The notes under the pieces were generated by a model, which ran no database searches, was not told where the DNA came from, and worked only from the letters and a program-made list of their open reading frames with translations. The position numbers and the translations under genes were made by a program. This document shows, piece after piece, positions 1 to 10,820 of a DNA stretch of 64,000 bases; the stretch's first letter is position 1, and each line of letters starts with the position of its first letter. The stretch covers positions 73,191 to 137,190 of the forward strand of contig DHVR01000002.1 in the NCBI GenBank assembly GCA_002412765.1, written 5' to 3'. The stretch is from Leptolinea sp. UBA5203. Its GTDB lineage: Bacteria; Chloroflexota; Anaerolineae; Anaerolineales; Anaerolineaceae.

Positions 1-1
1 G

Positions 2-169
2 GAATGTAAAGAAACCTTTGAACAACGCCTGTCTGTGACGGAGTTAGATGATAAATGCGTTCAATGTCCACGTGGGCACCAAAATGTACAGCGTCTGTTC
101 AACGCTCCTACAATCATATTTAAAGGTAGTGGATGGTACAGCAAGGATCATGCAAAAAGTGGAAAGTGA
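2..169 (+). CDS. FmdB-family zinc-ribbon protein, C-terminal fragment (5' end outside the window)
   Basis: The frame is open from the window edge. My translation is ECKETFEQRLSVTELDDKCVQCPRGHQNVQRLFNAPTIIFKGSGWYSKDHAKSGK*, with stop TGA at 167-169. It has a CxxC knuckle and the FKGSGWY tail typical of FmdB-type zinc ribbons. It is absent from the ORF track because it has no start codon. Confidence 0.6.
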   Translation, partial: ECKETFEQRLSVTELDDKCVQCPRGHQNVQRLFNAPTIIFKGSGWYSKDHAKSGK

Positions 170-249
170 CAGGGCTAAACTTGTAATTAAACTATTTGTT
201 GGTAAAATGAAATTTGATGGTTTGGCGATTTAATAGGATAGGAGATTTT

Positions 250-594
250 ATGATAAACGAACCGATTAATGTTACGGATGATGCATTCGAAAAGGTAGTG
301 CTGCAATCCACAGTTCCTGTGGTTGTTGATTTTTGGGCACCCTGGTGTGGACCCTGCAAAATGGTGGCTCCAATCCTGGATAAAATTGCCAAAGAAATGG
401 CTGGTAAATTGGTGGTTGCCAAGGTGAATACCGACGAAAACCAGCAATGGGCTGGCCAATATGGTGTACAGGGAATTCCAACCATGTTGTTTGTTTCTGG
501 CGGGAAGATTGTTCATCGTCAGACAGGTGCATTGCCCGAGACCATGTTGCGGGATGTTATCAGCCAGTTCCTTGAGGTTTCAGCACAAAGTTAA
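250..594 (+). CDS. trxA: thioredoxin
   Basis: ATG 250 is preceded by GGAG (241-244). The 114-aa product has the WCGPC active site and the FWAPWCGPCK...GIPT thioredoxin signature. The longer ORF from 214 is probably only an upstream extension. Confidence 0.95.
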   Translation: MINEPINVTDDAFEKVVLQSTVPVVVDFWAPWCGPCKMVAPILDKIAKEMAGKLVVAKVNTDENQQWAGQYGVQGIPTMLFVSGGKIVHRQTGALPETMLRDVISQFLEVSAQS

Positions 595-676
595 AGTATA
601 TTGAGTGGTAATCTAGAAGATAATTTGTTTTCTATACACTGATTATACTGTTTGAAAAGTTAGATTTATTGCATGT

Positions 677-706
677 AGGGGCGACCGGCCGGTCGCCCCT
701 ACTTTT
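677..706. terminator. GC-rich hairpin between convergent trxA and murA, probably a bidirectional terminator
   Basis: AGGGGCGACC-GGCC-GGTCGCCCCT forms a perfect 10-bp stem (677-700) and is followed by ACTTTT. Confidence 0.7.
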
Positions 707-738
707 CGGATATCAACTCTTTTTCATCTTTTCATTGA

Positions 739-2022
739 TTATTGTTCCCTTTCCCGAATAATGTTTGCACCCAACAATTTTAATTTTTGATCCACATCCT
801 CGTAACCCCGGTCAATTTGGCCGATATTGCGAATGACGGAGGTGCCTTTCGCAGATAATGCTGCCAATAACAAGGCCATGCCCGCACGGATATCCGGACT
901 TTCCATTTTCTCTGCATTTAATCGGGTGGGACCTTGAACGATGCAGCGATGAGGATCACAGAGGACAATGTGAGCTCCCATGGAGGCTAATTTGTCGGTA
1001 AAAAACATCCGGCTGGGGTACATCCAATCATGGAAGAGGATCGTGCCAGTGGATTGAGTTGCCACGACGATGGCGAGGCTCATCAAGTCGGTTGGAAAAG
1101 CCGGCCAGGGCATGACACTGATTTCCGGAATCACCCCGCCTAAATCCGGTTCAATGGACATGGGTTGGTCACTGGGCACCAGAATATCCTCGCCATCTTC
1201 GTGCCAGATCACTCCCAGACGACGAAAGACTAATTTGATCATGTCTAAATACTGAATGCCAGCATTTTTGATACGGATGGTGCCGTGGGTCAGCGCGGCC
1301 GCACCCACGAAACTGATCACTTCCAGGTAATCCGGGCCAATGGTAAATTCTCCGCCATGCAAGCCGTTTACCCCTTCAATGTGTAACGTGTTGGAACCAA
1401 TGCTCTCAATTTTTGCACCGAGAATATTGAGTAAATGACAGAGTTCCTGAATATGGGGTTCAGAAGCCGCATTGCGAATGACGGATGGTCCCTTTGCGGT
1501 GGCGCAAGCCATGATGGCATTCTCTGTAGCGGTAACGCTGGCTTCGTCTAAAAGAATATCCGCACCGATTAATTTTTTGGCAGTGAAGTGAAAAGCCTTA
1601 TCCAGGTCAATGGTTGCACCTAATTTTTCCAGGGCAATGATATGGGTATCTACTCTACGACGTCCAATAACATCGCCGCCGGGTGGTGGTAGGATTAGCT
1701 CGCCAGTTCTGGCAGTCATCGGACCCGCCAGTAAGATGGATGCGCGGATTTTTTTACATAATTCCGGATCCAAGTCCGCAGGACGAACATCCTTTGCGTG
1801 GAACTTCCAGGAGTGGGTATCCGTTTGAACCACTGAAACGCCAAGACTTTGAATTAAATCCCGCATATTAATCACATCGCGGATAATTGGCATATTGTGA
1901 AGGATGACGGGTTCGTCAGTTAACAAACAGGCAGCCATGAGTGGTAGTGCAGCATTTTTATTGCCTGAGGGTTTAACCTCCCCGGATAGGGGAATGCCAC
2001 CTTCAATGATAAATTTTTCCAT
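739..2022 (-). CDS. murA: UDP-N-acetylglucosamine 1-carboxyvinyltransferase
   Basis: 427 aa. The N-terminus reads MEKFIIEGG..SGEVKPSGNKNAALP, and the MurA/EPSP-synthase fold pattern runs throughout. The active-site loop reads LPPPGGDVIGRRRVD, with Asp117 where E. coli has Cys115. Confidence 0.95.
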   Translation of the reverse strand: MEKFIIEGGIPLSGEVKPSGNKNAALPLMAACLLTDEPVILHNMPIIRDVINMRDLIQSLGVSVVQTDTHSWKFHAKDVRPADLDPELCKKIRASILLAGPMTARTGELILPPPGGDVIGRRRVDTHIIALEKLGATIDLDKAFHFTAKKLIGADILLDEASVTATENAIMACATAKGPSVIRNAASEPHIQELCHLLNILGAKIESIGSNTLHIEGVNGLHGGEFTIGPDYLEVISFVGAAALTHGTIRIKNAGIQYLDMIKLVFRRLGVIWHEDGEDILVPSDQPMSIEPDLGGVIPEISVMPWPAFPTDLMSLAIVVATQSTGTILFHDWMYPSRMFFTDKLASMGAHIVLCDPHRCIVQGPTRLNAEKMESPDIRAGMALLLAALSAKGTSVIRNIGQIDRGYEDVDQKLKLLGANIIREREQ

Positions 2023-2104
2023 GAAACTCCTCCAAGAACTACTCGGTATTTTTTCTCAGGAAAAACAATGCCCCTAGTTGATCGGATCGCCTTATAATAA
2101 TTCC

Positions 2105-2914
2105 ATGCCTACAGTAAATTTTACCCTGAATTCAGGGGATTGCGTGACATTAAACTATGTCCAATTGAATCCCGGTGCGGCAAACACACTATTCTTTCTG
2201 CATGGCTTGGGAACTACTCATGAATGTTGGGCCCAACAGTTGGACTATTTTGGCGCCAGAGGATATCGCGTGATCGCCATGGATCTCCCCGGATTTGGCG
2301 AGTCGACCATTCAGCGCGGAAAGTTCGGACTTAGGTTAACTACTGATTGCGTCATCCAGCTTCTGGACTATTTAGGCATCCAACAGACCAGCTTGATTGG
2401 ACATTCGATGGGCGGACCGATCACGATTGATTGCTGTTCACGTTACCCCCACTATTTTCAAAAATGCATCTTGATCAGTACTTTCTTCCGATTACGGCCG
2501 ACTAGTTTATCGGCTGCACTGGCGTTGATCAAGCGTTTTATCTGGGCTAATTTTCAGGATGCAAATCACCAAGCGGAATTTATCGCCCAACGGACTTTCC
2601 CGGAACCGTCGGAGAGCGGATTGCGCGAGGAATTTGTCAAACAAATTCTCTCAACCAATAAAGATGTGTACAAAGATGCTGTGAATTTAATGGCCAGGAT
2701 CAATTTAAGGAAGTACTCCAGGAACCTGATGCAGCCCACCCTGGTGATAACCGGCTTGCAGGACCGTACGATCACACCCCGCTTGCAGCATGAATTGTTT
2801 ATGAAAATCCCCAACGCTCTTGAGCTAACCCTAAAAGACGGCCGGCATGGCATGATCGTCAATCAAGCCGGGATTATCAATCGAGCGATTGAGGCTTTTA
2901 TTTCATCTGATTAA
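2105..2914 (+). CDS. alpha/beta-fold hydrolase
   Basis: It has the HGLG oxyanion-hole motif and the GHSMGG nucleophile elbow. The ORF opens at TTG 2078; I chose the first ATG at 2105. Confidence 0.8.
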   Translation: MPTVNFTLNSGDCVTLNYVQLNPGAANTLFFLHGLGTTHECWAQQLDYFGARGYRVIAMDLPGFGESTIQRGKFGLRLTTDCVIQLLDYLGIQQTSLIGHSMGGPITIDCCSRYPHYFQKCILISTFFRLRPTSLSAALALIKRFIWANFQDANHQAEFIAQRTFPEPSESGLREEFVKQILSTNKDVYKDAVNLMARINLRKYSRNLMQPTLVITGLQDRTITPRLQHELFMKIPNALELTLKDGRHGMIVNQAGIINRAIEAFISSD

Positions 2915-4964
2915 GAGAAGGTTTTGAAAAGAAATCCAAAATCTCTTTGTTTGTATAAAGGGGGGACTGACAGGTGTGATTCTCGCAAACATACAGAGTG
3001 GGCTGCCCATTTTGGGGGAGCTTATCTTGGAGAATATCTGCCAGTTGAGAATCATCGCCAGGTTGTACTTCGTAGGGAATGAATAACCAGTCTGGATGGT
3101 AAGTAAGATAATACGAATGGATCAAGCTCATTGCTTGTTGTCTGCTTTCAGGGGGATAAACCAAAACACAGTTTTTCCACGAGGTACTGAGCAATAGGGC
3201 TGCTTGCAGCCAATAGGCGTAAGCTGCTGGGTGTTGATTTATTGAATCAGCCATGTTGACCAGCCACTTTTCTGTCTGCTGAGAAAATTCGGGTTTTTCC
3301 TGAATTGCGGAGATCAAGAGCAGGGCATGGGCTGCCAAGGCCATGCCACTGGGCGTGACCATATCCTGTAAGTCCAAAACTGGGCTGATCAGGTTCTCCT
3401 CTCCCTTGCGATTGCTAAAGAGAAAAACCCCATTGCTGTCAAATTCCGTAAGCATTTTTGAAATCAAGTCCTCGGCTAAGGTGAGCCATTTGGATTGAGA
3501 ATCCGCCTGGTAGAGGGTGAGCAATGCGATTGCAAAGCCGGCATAATCCTCCAGAAAGCCAATCTGATTTCCTTTGCCATCTCGCCAGGTGTGATGCAGG
3601 AATCCATCGCGATAAAGGTTCTGATGGAGAAATTCGGCATTCTGGCGTGCGGCGTGCAGGTAATCCTCCCTATCAAATGCCAGGCCCGCTTCGACCAATG
3701 CCCCGAGGGCCAGAGCATTCCAGGAGAGAATAATTTTGTCATCGGTTGCTGGCGGTGTACGAGTCTTACGTATAGCTGACAATCTGTTTAACACCGGTTC
3801 CAGAATCTCAATCGAATAGGGAATCCAGTCTTGATAGGCTAGGTCTTGAGGTTTTTCTTGCGGAGATAGTTTTAGAAGGTATTGACCATCCAAATGACCA
3901 CGATTTGGAAGATCTAGGTTGGACTGATATTTTTGAAGATCAATTTCTTGAGATGCCTGCAACTCATCTACGGACCAAAGATAATACGTGCCTTCCGTGC
4001 CATCGGAATCCGCGTCCTGGCTGCTGTAGAAGCCGCCCTCAGGGCTTGTTAGATGATTTAGGATATAGTCGATGGTTTTCTCTGCTACCTGGCGAAAATG
4101 GGGATTGTGAGTGAGTTGATAAGCATGGATGTAATTCCGCGCTAACTGGGCATTGTCATAGAGCATCTTTTCGAAATGTGGCACGGTCCAGGTTTTATCG
4201 GTGCTGTAGCGGTGAAATCCGCCGTCAACCAAATCGAAGATACCTCCCATGCTCAAGGAATGGAGATAGTGAACGGCTGCATCGGTAAAACGGGTATGCT
4301 CATACTTGCCTGCTTGAAGCAAGAAATCGATCGTCATGGCGGCAGGGAATTTTGGTGCATTGCCCCAGCCACCGTCTGCCCAATCGTAGGAGATCAACAT
4401 TTTCTCGGCAATATCCAAAATTGCGGATTTTGTGAGTTTTTCTGAAGTGGTTGAGTTGGATTGGGAATAATGCTCTTGTATTTGCTGTGTTAGATGATCA
4501 GCACTCTCCAGCACTTTTTCTTGCTGGTTTTGCCATACCCGGCTGATATTTTCCAGCAATTCCGCAAAGGATGGCAGCCCATATCTCGCGATGGGGGGGA
4601 AATAAGTGCCGCCATAGAAAGGTTTCAATTGAGGGGTAAGGAAAGCGCTTAATGGCCAGCCACCTTGTCCGGTGAGGGCAATGACGGCGGTCATGTAGAT
4701 TTGATCCAGATCCGGTCTTTCTTCCCGGTCAATCTTGATACAAATAAAATCACTATTTAGCTGCTCAGCAATTAAGGGGTTCTCAAAAGATTCATGCGCC
4801 ATGACATGGCACCAATGACAGGCTGCATAGCCAATACTGAGAAAAATTGGTTTGTTTTCCAACCTGGATCGTTGGATGGCTTCCTCACCCCAGGGGTACC
4901 AGTCCACTGGATTTTGGACATGCTGTAACAGATAAGGGGAAGTTTGATCCTGTAAGTGATTCAT
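2898..4964 (-). CDS. thioredoxin-domain (DUF255/YyaL-like) protein with an alpha/alpha-toroid C-terminal region
   Basis: The signature [21 protein letters not shown]...[11 protein letters not shown] is typical of DUF255. The start is set at ATG 4964, downstream of GAGGTG. The 27 upstream codons of the track ORF (YYYYYYY) are a translation of an AAT repeat. Confidence 0.85.
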   Translation of the reverse strand: MNHLQDQTSPYLLQHVQNPVDWYPWGEEAIQRSRLENKPIFLSIGYAACHWCHVMAHESFENPLIAEQLNSDFICIKIDREERPDLDQIYMTAVIALTGQGGWPLSAFLTPQLKPFYGGTYFPPIARYGLPSFAELLENISRVWQNQQEKVLESADHLTQQIQEHYSQSNSTTSEKLTKSAILDIAEKMLISYDWADGGWGNAPKFPAAMTIDFLLQAGKYEHTRFTDAAVHYLHSLSMGGIFDLVDGGFHRYSTDKTWTVPHFEKMLYDNAQLARNYIHAYQLTHNPHFRQVAEKTIDYILNHLTSPEGGFYSSQDADSDGTEGTYYLWSVDELQASQEIDLQKYQSNLDLPNRGHLDGQYLLKLSPQEKPQDLAYQDWIPYSIEILEPVLNRLSAIRKTRTPPATDDKIILSWNALALGALVEAGLAFDREDYLHAARQNAEFLHQNLYRDGFLHHTWRDGKGNQIGFLEDYAGFAIALLTLYQADSQSKWLTLAEDLISKMLTEFDSNGVFLFSNRKGEENLISPVLDLQDMVTPSGMALAAHALLLISAIQEKPEFSQQTEKWLVNMADSINQHPAAYAYWLQAALLLSTSWKNCVLVYPPESRQQAMSLIHSYYLTYHPDWLFIPYEVQPGDDSQLADILQDKLPQNGQPTLYVCENHTCQSPLYTNKEILDFFSKPSLNQMK

Positions 4965-4978
4965 CACACACCTCAAAC

Positions 4979-4996
4979 AATAATAATAATAATAAT
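4979..4996. repeat. (AAT)6 microsatellite in the 5' region of the DUF255 gene
   Basis: Read directly: six tandem AAT units lie 15 nt upstream (on the gene strand) of ATG 4964. Confidence 0.9.
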
Positions 4997-5246
4997 AGTA
5001 ACATAAATAACAAAAAATAAATCGAGTGAGTTTGAAATAAAACATATTCGGGTATTATGGAAGCAATTTTTGGAAATCGGAAGAAGTTGAAATTAATTTA
5101 GGCAATTAATTGAAATTAAAATACAAATCCAAGCTATACATTTAGGGTTTAATACTATAATCTACCTAATCAATTTATTTCACCTGAGCTTAGTAAATTT
5201 ATTTTATCCTTTGAGGCTACAGGCATCCTTCATTCAAGAGGCAATT

Positions 5247-6377
5247 ATGATTTCTATTGAACAACTTGATACAACGTCCCGAAAACAACGCAATGAATTT
5301 GTAAATTTTCATTATGACCTTTACAAAAACTGTCCCCAGTGGGTACCGCCGTTCCGGGCGGATATCCATGTCATGATGAATCGTAAAAAGCATCCGTTTT
5401 ACGAACACTCCGATGCCGATTTCTTTCTGGCCAAAAGAGATGGAAAAGTGGTCGGGAGAATTGCCGCTTTGGAGAATAAACCTTTCAATCAGTACCATAA
5501 CAAAAACGAAGCTCAGTTCTATTTATTTGACAGCATTGAAGATCAGGAAGTATTCGATGCACTCTTTGAAGCCGCTTTTGATTGGGCTAAAAAGCGTGGG
5601 CTGACATCCCTAGTGGGTCCCAAAGGATTCAGCTCATTCAATGGGTATGGCATCCAGGTAGAGGGTTTTGAACATCGCCAGATGATGACCATGATGAATT
5701 ACAACTATGCCTACTACCCGCGAATGATGGAAGGCATGGGGTTTACCATGGCTGTGGATTTCGTCTCCACCTATATTCCCCGTGATTCAGCCGTTTTGCC
5801 TGAGAAAGTAACCCGTGTGGCAGAACGTATTATTGAAAAACAGAAATTCAAAGTAAAAGAATTTAAATCCAAAAAAGAACTCATCTCCTGGGCGGATCCA
5901 ATCGGTGAGGCGTATAACAACACGTTCGTTAACAACTGGGAATATTACCCCCTGACAAAAAACGAAATCACCTTCGCCATGAAAGATATCATGATGGTGG
6001 CCGTCCCGGATTTGATGAAGATTATCACCTATGATGATGTCGTGATTGGGTTCCTGCTGGCCTTCCCTGATGTTTCCAAGGCTTTGCAGCGCCACAACGG
6101 GTATTTAACCCCATGGGGTCTCGTTGATATGCTTTTAGAGATGAAACGCACCAAATGGGTTTCCTTGAATGGCGTAGGTATACTGCCCGAGTATCATGGC
6201 CGCGGCGGCAATGCCCTGCTATATTACGAAATGGCCAAGATTATTCGAGAATCCGGGTTTGAGCATATCGAGGAGACTCAGATGGCCGACACAGCCGTGA
6301 TGGTGCGTAAGGATATGATTACTCTGGGAGCGGAAATCTACAAAAAACATCGCGTTTATAAAATTGACATCCCATGA
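5247..6377 (+). CDS. GNAT-like N-acetyltransferase family protein (function unknown)
   Basis: 376 aa. The N-terminal pattern F..FHYDLYKNCPQWVPPF..D......K.PFYEHSDADFFLAKRDGKVVGRIAALEN recurs in a widespread GNAT-related family. ATG 5247 follows AGAGG. Confidence 0.6.
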   Translation: MISIEQLDTTSRKQRNEFVNFHYDLYKNCPQWVPPFRADIHVMMNRKKHPFYEHSDADFFLAKRDGKVVGRIAALENKPFNQYHNKNEAQFYLFDSIEDQEVFDALFEAAFDWAKKRGLTSLVGPKGFSSFNGYGIQVEGFEHRQMMTMMNYNYAYYPRMMEGMGFTMAVDFVSTYIPRDSAVLPEKVTRVAERIIEKQKFKVKEFKSKKELISWADPIGEAYNNTFVNNWEYYPLTKNEITFAMKDIMMVAVPDLMKIITYDDVVIGFLLAFPDVSKALQRHNGYLTPWGLVDMLLEMKRTKWVSLNGVGILPEYHGRGGNALLYYEMAKIIRESGFEHIEETQMADTAVMVRKDMITLGAEIYKKHRVYKIDIP

Positions 6378-6394
6378 AATAAGATAAAACCGGC

Positions 6395-7717
6395 TCAGGC
6401 CGGTTTTATTTTTCGAAACATGCAAACCGTTCGATGAATCATCCAGGCACTCAAGATACTTATGAATGGGATCAGGATAATGACATAGCGCTGGTAGAGC
6501 CCGCCCAGCATGCTCAAGCCCATCATAGTGCCTCCAAATCCAACATAAAAAATCATCCATTGAGGGAAATCTGCAGGCAGGTTGGTTCTGGCTTTCCACC
6601 AGGATAGTGCTTGCAACAAGAAAGCCGAGAGAATGCCGATCACTTGCAGTGAGCCCAGCAGAAAGGATCGATTCTCATGCTGCAATGGGATGCGTGTATA
6701 AGCGTCAAAGGACGTTTGCTGCTCGGCGCGGTAATTCCCCACATCATCCAAGGCGACGGGTTCAAAAAACGTATGATAGTTGACCATCACGAAGCGAACC
6801 AGTTTTGATTCCGGAATTCTTTCTGGGTAGTTTTCCTGTAAAAATGCGGTGGTAGATTGGGTGAGCTCAGCCCTTTCCTGAATGGCAGCTTGGATGGTAT
6901 GGATCGGATCCAGCCAGGAAACCGGATTGAGAATGTACGTTATAAGGAGAGGTACTAAAGTAAAATAACCGGCCGTTTTGATCCAGTGAATTTTGTTTTG
7001 CCGATGGTTGATGATGAAATAGTAAATGATATACATGGGGATGAAGAACAAGGCGGTCTGTTTACTGTTGAGGCAGAGTGCCAGGAGAATGGGGACACCA
7101 AAGGGGTGTTTTTTCTTATCCAGGAGTAGCATCAGAAAGAAACAAACCGTAAAGAGTAAAATGCCTTCTGCCATGGCGCGGCGGGTATGGATGAGGACCA
7201 GGGGATTCAAGCCCAAAAAGAGAACCGCCAACAATCCAACATTGTGATGGATGAGGTTCCGGGTGGTTTGGTACAGGAAAAAGAACGTGAATGGAAAAAA
7301 AACGAGAAAGGTTATGCGTGAAACTTGAAGTGCTTTAGCTGATGGCAGGCTTCCAGCCAATTGGTTGGCTTCCCAACTCAAAGTCCAGTCCCAATCCGAG
7401 AGATTGGCTGGGACATGTGTGATGGTTCTGGCCAGGCCGATGATTAATGAATTGAGGGGTGGGTCCATCAAACGGTAATGATTCTTAAGATCAATTGCAT
7501 CCCCTTGATGATAAGCCAACAGAAGCGGGTTGGTCAGCAAAAGTTCCACATCATTGCTTTTGTATAGATAAGTTGCCTCATCTGGGTGAAATGGAACGGT
7601 ATTGAGCGTGATACAATACAAACTGAACAGCAGGACAATCAGCACACCAATTTGGAAGAAAGGATGGGTAAGCAGTTTCTGGATGGTTAAGTGGTTCGGT
7701 TCCAAATTTATTGACAT
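6395..7717 (-). CDS. polytopic membrane protein, GT-C-type glycosyltransferase candidate
   Basis: It has about 11 hydrophobic segments. The first loop after TM1 carries the acidic pair FHPDEATYLY, as in ArnT/PMT-type GT-C enzymes. Confidence 0.6.
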   Translation of the reverse strand: MSINLEPNHLTIQKLLTHPFFQIGVLIVLLFSLYCITLNTVPFHPDEATYLYKSNDVELLLTNPLLLAYHQGDAIDLKNHYRLMDPPLNSLIIGLARTITHVPANLSDWDWTLSWEANQLAGSLPSAKALQVSRITFLVFFPFTFFFLYQTTRNLIHHNVGLLAVLFLGLNPLVLIHTRRAMAEGILLFTVCFFLMLLLDKKKHPFGVPILLALCLNSKQTALFFIPMYIIYYFIINHRQNKIHWIKTAGYFTLVPLLITYILNPVSWLDPIHTIQAAIQERAELTQSTTAFLQENYPERIPESKLVRFVMVNYHTFFEPVALDDVGNYRAEQQTSFDAYTRIPLQHENRSFLLGSLQVIGILSAFLLQALSWWKARTNLPADFPQWMIFYVGFGGTMMGLSMLGGLYQRYVIILIPFISILSAWMIHRTVCMFRKIKPA

Positions 7718-9320
7718 GTTTCATTCCCGTCTGACAGGTTTATGGTTGGGGATTATTCTCATTGTTGCCTTCGCCTGGAAAGGCCTTTTACTTGCCTGGC
7801 ATGCCTTTCCGTTCAATAGTGATGAAGCCATAGTAGCGCTGATGGCAAAACATATCTTGGCTGGCGAGCGGCCTATCTTTTTTTATGGTCAGGCCTATAT
7901 GGGCAGCCTGGATGCTTATCTGGTCGCCTTGGGTTTCATGATCCTAGGCCAAAAGGTTATCGTCATCCGGATTGTCCAAAGCATCCTTTATGGACTCACC
8001 ATTCTGTGTACTTATTTTATCGGAAAAATGGCATTTCAGTCTTCGAAAATTGGTCTGATCGCGGCTTTAATGCTGGCTTTCCCCACTGTGAATGGAACTT
8101 TGTATACCACCATCAGCCTTGGGGGCTATGGAGAGGCTTGTTTGATTGGCAGTCTGCTTCTGTACCTGGCCTTTAAAAATCAAGCCGATCTGCAAGAATC
8201 CAAGCCAATTGGGATGAAAATGCTGATCTTCGGATTTCTGACAGGATTGGGAATTTGGGTTCACGGCATCACCCTGATTTTCAGCTTGCCGGCAGGCTTA
8301 TATCTTGTATATTATTTTTATAATCAAAAAGGTTCCCGACAAAACTATATTCAATGGCTTGGGCTTGGCATGACAGGATTCGTTCTAGGATTACTTCCCA
8401 TCCTGTTTTATGTTTTCCAACATGGTGTCCAAACAGTATGGGCGGAATTGTTTGGTTCCGCGGTGGCTGTTGAGACGGGCTTCTGGCTAGCGACTTGGCT
8501 GAGCCATTTGTTCTCGCTGGTCTTGTTTGGCATTCCCGTGCTTTTCGGTATGCGCCCCCCATGGACGACGACGATCCAGCAGCTGTACTTTTTCCCCCTG
8601 CTGATTGGTTTCCTGGTTGTTGTGGGATTTATTCTCTATCGGGAATTGCGCACCCGCACTCTACCTGCAGCGGGGACTTTATGCATTGCCATCCTGCTGC
8701 TGCTGTTTGCAACTTTTATTGGCACCTCTTTTGGCATTGACCCCTCTGGACGCTATTTCGTCCCCCTGATGATTCCCGGCGCATTATTGGCGGGTTACGC
8801 CATTTCCAAATTGATGGCGAATCACAAGGCTTGGGGATTGCTGATCGCCTGCTGGTGTGTTTATCAAATTGCAGTGACGGGTAGTTTGGCGCTCAAACCT
8901 CCTTACCTGACCACTCAGTTTTATACACCGGCGATGGTGGATCATGGCTATAATCAGCAATTGATCGATTTTCTTCATGAGAATGAACTGACCACTGGAT
9001 ATACCAATTACTGGGTCGCATATCCACTGGCCTTTCTTTCAGGCGAAGAACTCATTTATGTGCCGCAGCTTCCTTATCATCCCGATTTGCGTTTCACCGA
9101 GCGGGACAATCGCTATCTGCCCTATTTGGACAAAGTAACCGGCAGCACCGAAATCAGTTACATTGTCACCCGGAATCCCGAGCTGGATGAAAACCTGGTT
9201 GAACAATTTACCCAGGCCGGAATTGACTACTCGTATCAGGAAATTGGGGATTATCATATCTATTACCATCTATCATCCGACATTCGTCCGGATGAACTTG
9301 GTTTCTCTTCTCAGGACTAA
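7716..9320 (+). CDS. ArnT/PMT-like GT-C glycosyltransferase candidate
   Basis: TM1 is followed by FPFNSDEAIVALMAKHI. It has many TM segments and a C-terminal soluble domain. ATG 7716 overlaps the divergent gene's start (CATG); the track ORF opens at TTG 7602. Confidence 0.65.
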   Translation: MFHSRLTGLWLGIILIVAFAWKGLLLAWHAFPFNSDEAIVALMAKHILAGERPIFFYGQAYMGSLDAYLVALGFMILGQKVIVIRIVQSILYGLTILCTYFIGKMAFQSSKIGLIAALMLAFPTVNGTLYTTISLGGYGEACLIGSLLLYLAFKNQADLQESKPIGMKMLIFGFLTGLGIWVHGITLIFSLPAGLYLVYYFYNQKGSRQNYIQWLGLGMTGFVLGLLPILFYVFQHGVQTVWAELFGSAVAVETGFWLATWLSHLFSLVLFGIPVLFGMRPPWTTTIQQLYFFPLLIGFLVVVGFILYRELRTRTLPAAGTLCIAILLLLFATFIGTSFGIDPSGRYFVPLMIPGALLAGYAISKLMANHKAWGLLIACWCVYQIAVTGSLALKPPYLTTQFYTPAMVDHGYNQQLIDFLHENELTTGYTNYWVAYPLAFLSGEELIYVPQLPYHPDLRFTERDNRYLPYLDKVTGSTEISYIVTRNPELDENLVEQFTQAGIDYSYQEIGDYHIYYHLSSDIRPDELGFSSQD

Positions 9321-9335
9321 ACAAACGGAGCTTCT

Positions 9336-10820
9336 ATGCAGAGCAGATTGCGCTGGTTATTCTTTTTTATCACCATCCTGAGTGTTGCCAGTATGGCTGC
9401 CAGAGTCCCTTTGGATACGGATATGTGGTGGCATATTCGGGCAGGTGAAGTCAGCTTGTCCACGCATCAGCCCCTGGTCATGGATACATTCTCTTATACC
9501 CGCGCGGGTCAGGCCTGGGTGAATCACAGTTGGTTGGCGCAAATTCTGCTGGCTTTCCTTTATCAAAAACTGTCGTTTTATGGATTGATGTTTTATGTGG
9601 TTCTTCTATCTATGCTTACTTTTGGTCTACTGTTCTTTTTGTTGGAAGGGCATCCTTTTGTGAAAGCCATGCTGATTATCTTTGGAAGTGCTGTTGTCTC
9701 CACCATTTGGAGTCCCAGGCCGCAATTATTCACCCTGTTCTTTCTGTGTCTACTTGTTTTTGTGGTAACCCGTTTCCGTGAGGGAAAGGTTCGCCGGTTA
9801 TGGTGGATACCGCTGCTCTTTACCCTTTGGGGAAATTTGCATGGGGGATATTTTACCGGCATTTTGTTCCTGGGATTTACTTTGATGGGCATGCTTTATG
9901 ATCGGGTTTTTGATCCTGGTTCGATAGCGTCATTTAAAGAAAAGTTCTGGCATTTGCTGATCGTCACTTTGCTTAGTATTCCAGCTTTATTGATCAACCC
10001 AAACGGCATCCAAATCCTGAAGGTTCCTTTCGCCACCGTCGGGGTGAGTATATTACGGGATTTCATTGATGAATGGGCCTCCCCGGATTTTCACCAACCC
10101 TTGCAGCTCATCTTCCTGGCGATATTTTTGGGAACCATGTTCTTAATGGCGATTAATAAAAATCGCAAATCCGCTGCAGTCCTCATTCCGTTATTTGGAT
10201 TCTCCCTCCTGGCATTTTATGCCAAGCGTAATATTGCCCCCTTGATGATTGTTCTGCTGCCTGCTCTGGCTGTTGAGCTCAATGTCTGGTTGAATGCTTT
10301 GCGTATTTCGGATCGTATTTCTGATCTGCTGGTTCAGCCGGAGTATCATTGGCGACTACGGGATGAGAATCCGCTGCCCATGCGCATCTTGAATCTGCTG
10401 CTGATCTTTATGATCGGGCTGATTGCTGTGGGAAAGTTTGTTTATGTGTCCGATCCAGTGGTGGTGAATGCCTATCTCAAACAGGATACACCTGTGGAAG
10501 CGTACCAGAAAATGGGCGGCCTGGCTTTCACCGGAAATGTGCTCAATGAATACGAGTGGGGTGGATATCAGATAGAGTTCTATCCGCAAAACCAAGTTTT
10601 TGTAGACGGGCGCACGGATTTATTCGGCGATGAGGGCATCGGTCAATGGATGCGACTGATGCGGGCGGATGGGGATTTTGCCAAGATTTTGGATAGCAAT
10701 AAGATCAACGTGGTGCTCTTGAAACCGGAACGAATGCTAGTCCAGGTGCTGAAAACGATGGGTTGGACAGAAGAATACGCAGATCAAACAGCCGTGTTGT
10801 TGATGCGCCCGGCTCAGTGA
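9336..10820 (+). CDS. polytopic membrane protein, GT-C-like candidate
   Basis: 494 aa. TM1 is followed by PLDTDMWWHIRAGE (an acidic D-x-D loop). It has multiple TM segments and a C-terminal soluble domain. Confidence 0.5.
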   Translation: MQSRLRWLFFFITILSVASMAARVPLDTDMWWHIRAGEVSLSTHQPLVMDTFSYTRAGQAWVNHSWLAQILLAFLYQKLSFYGLMFYVVLLSMLTFGLLFFLLEGHPFVKAMLIIFGSAVVSTIWSPRPQLFTLFFLCLLVFVVTRFREGKVRRLWWIPLLFTLWGNLHGGYFTGILFLGFTLMGMLYDRVFDPGSIASFKEKFWHLLIVTLLSIPALLINPNGIQILKVPFATVGVSILRDFIDEWASPDFHQPLQLIFLAIFLGTMFLMAINKNRKSAAVLIPLFGFSLLAFYAKRNIAPLMIVLLPALAVELNVWLNALRISDRISDLLVQPEYHWRLRDENPLPMRILNLLLIFMIGLIAVGKFVYVSDPVVVNAYLKQDTPVEAYQKMGGLAFTGNVLNEYEWGGYQIEFYPQNQVFVDGRTDLFGDEGIGQWMRLMRADGDFAKILDSNKINVVLLKPERMLVQVLKTMGWTEEYADQTAVLLMRPAQ

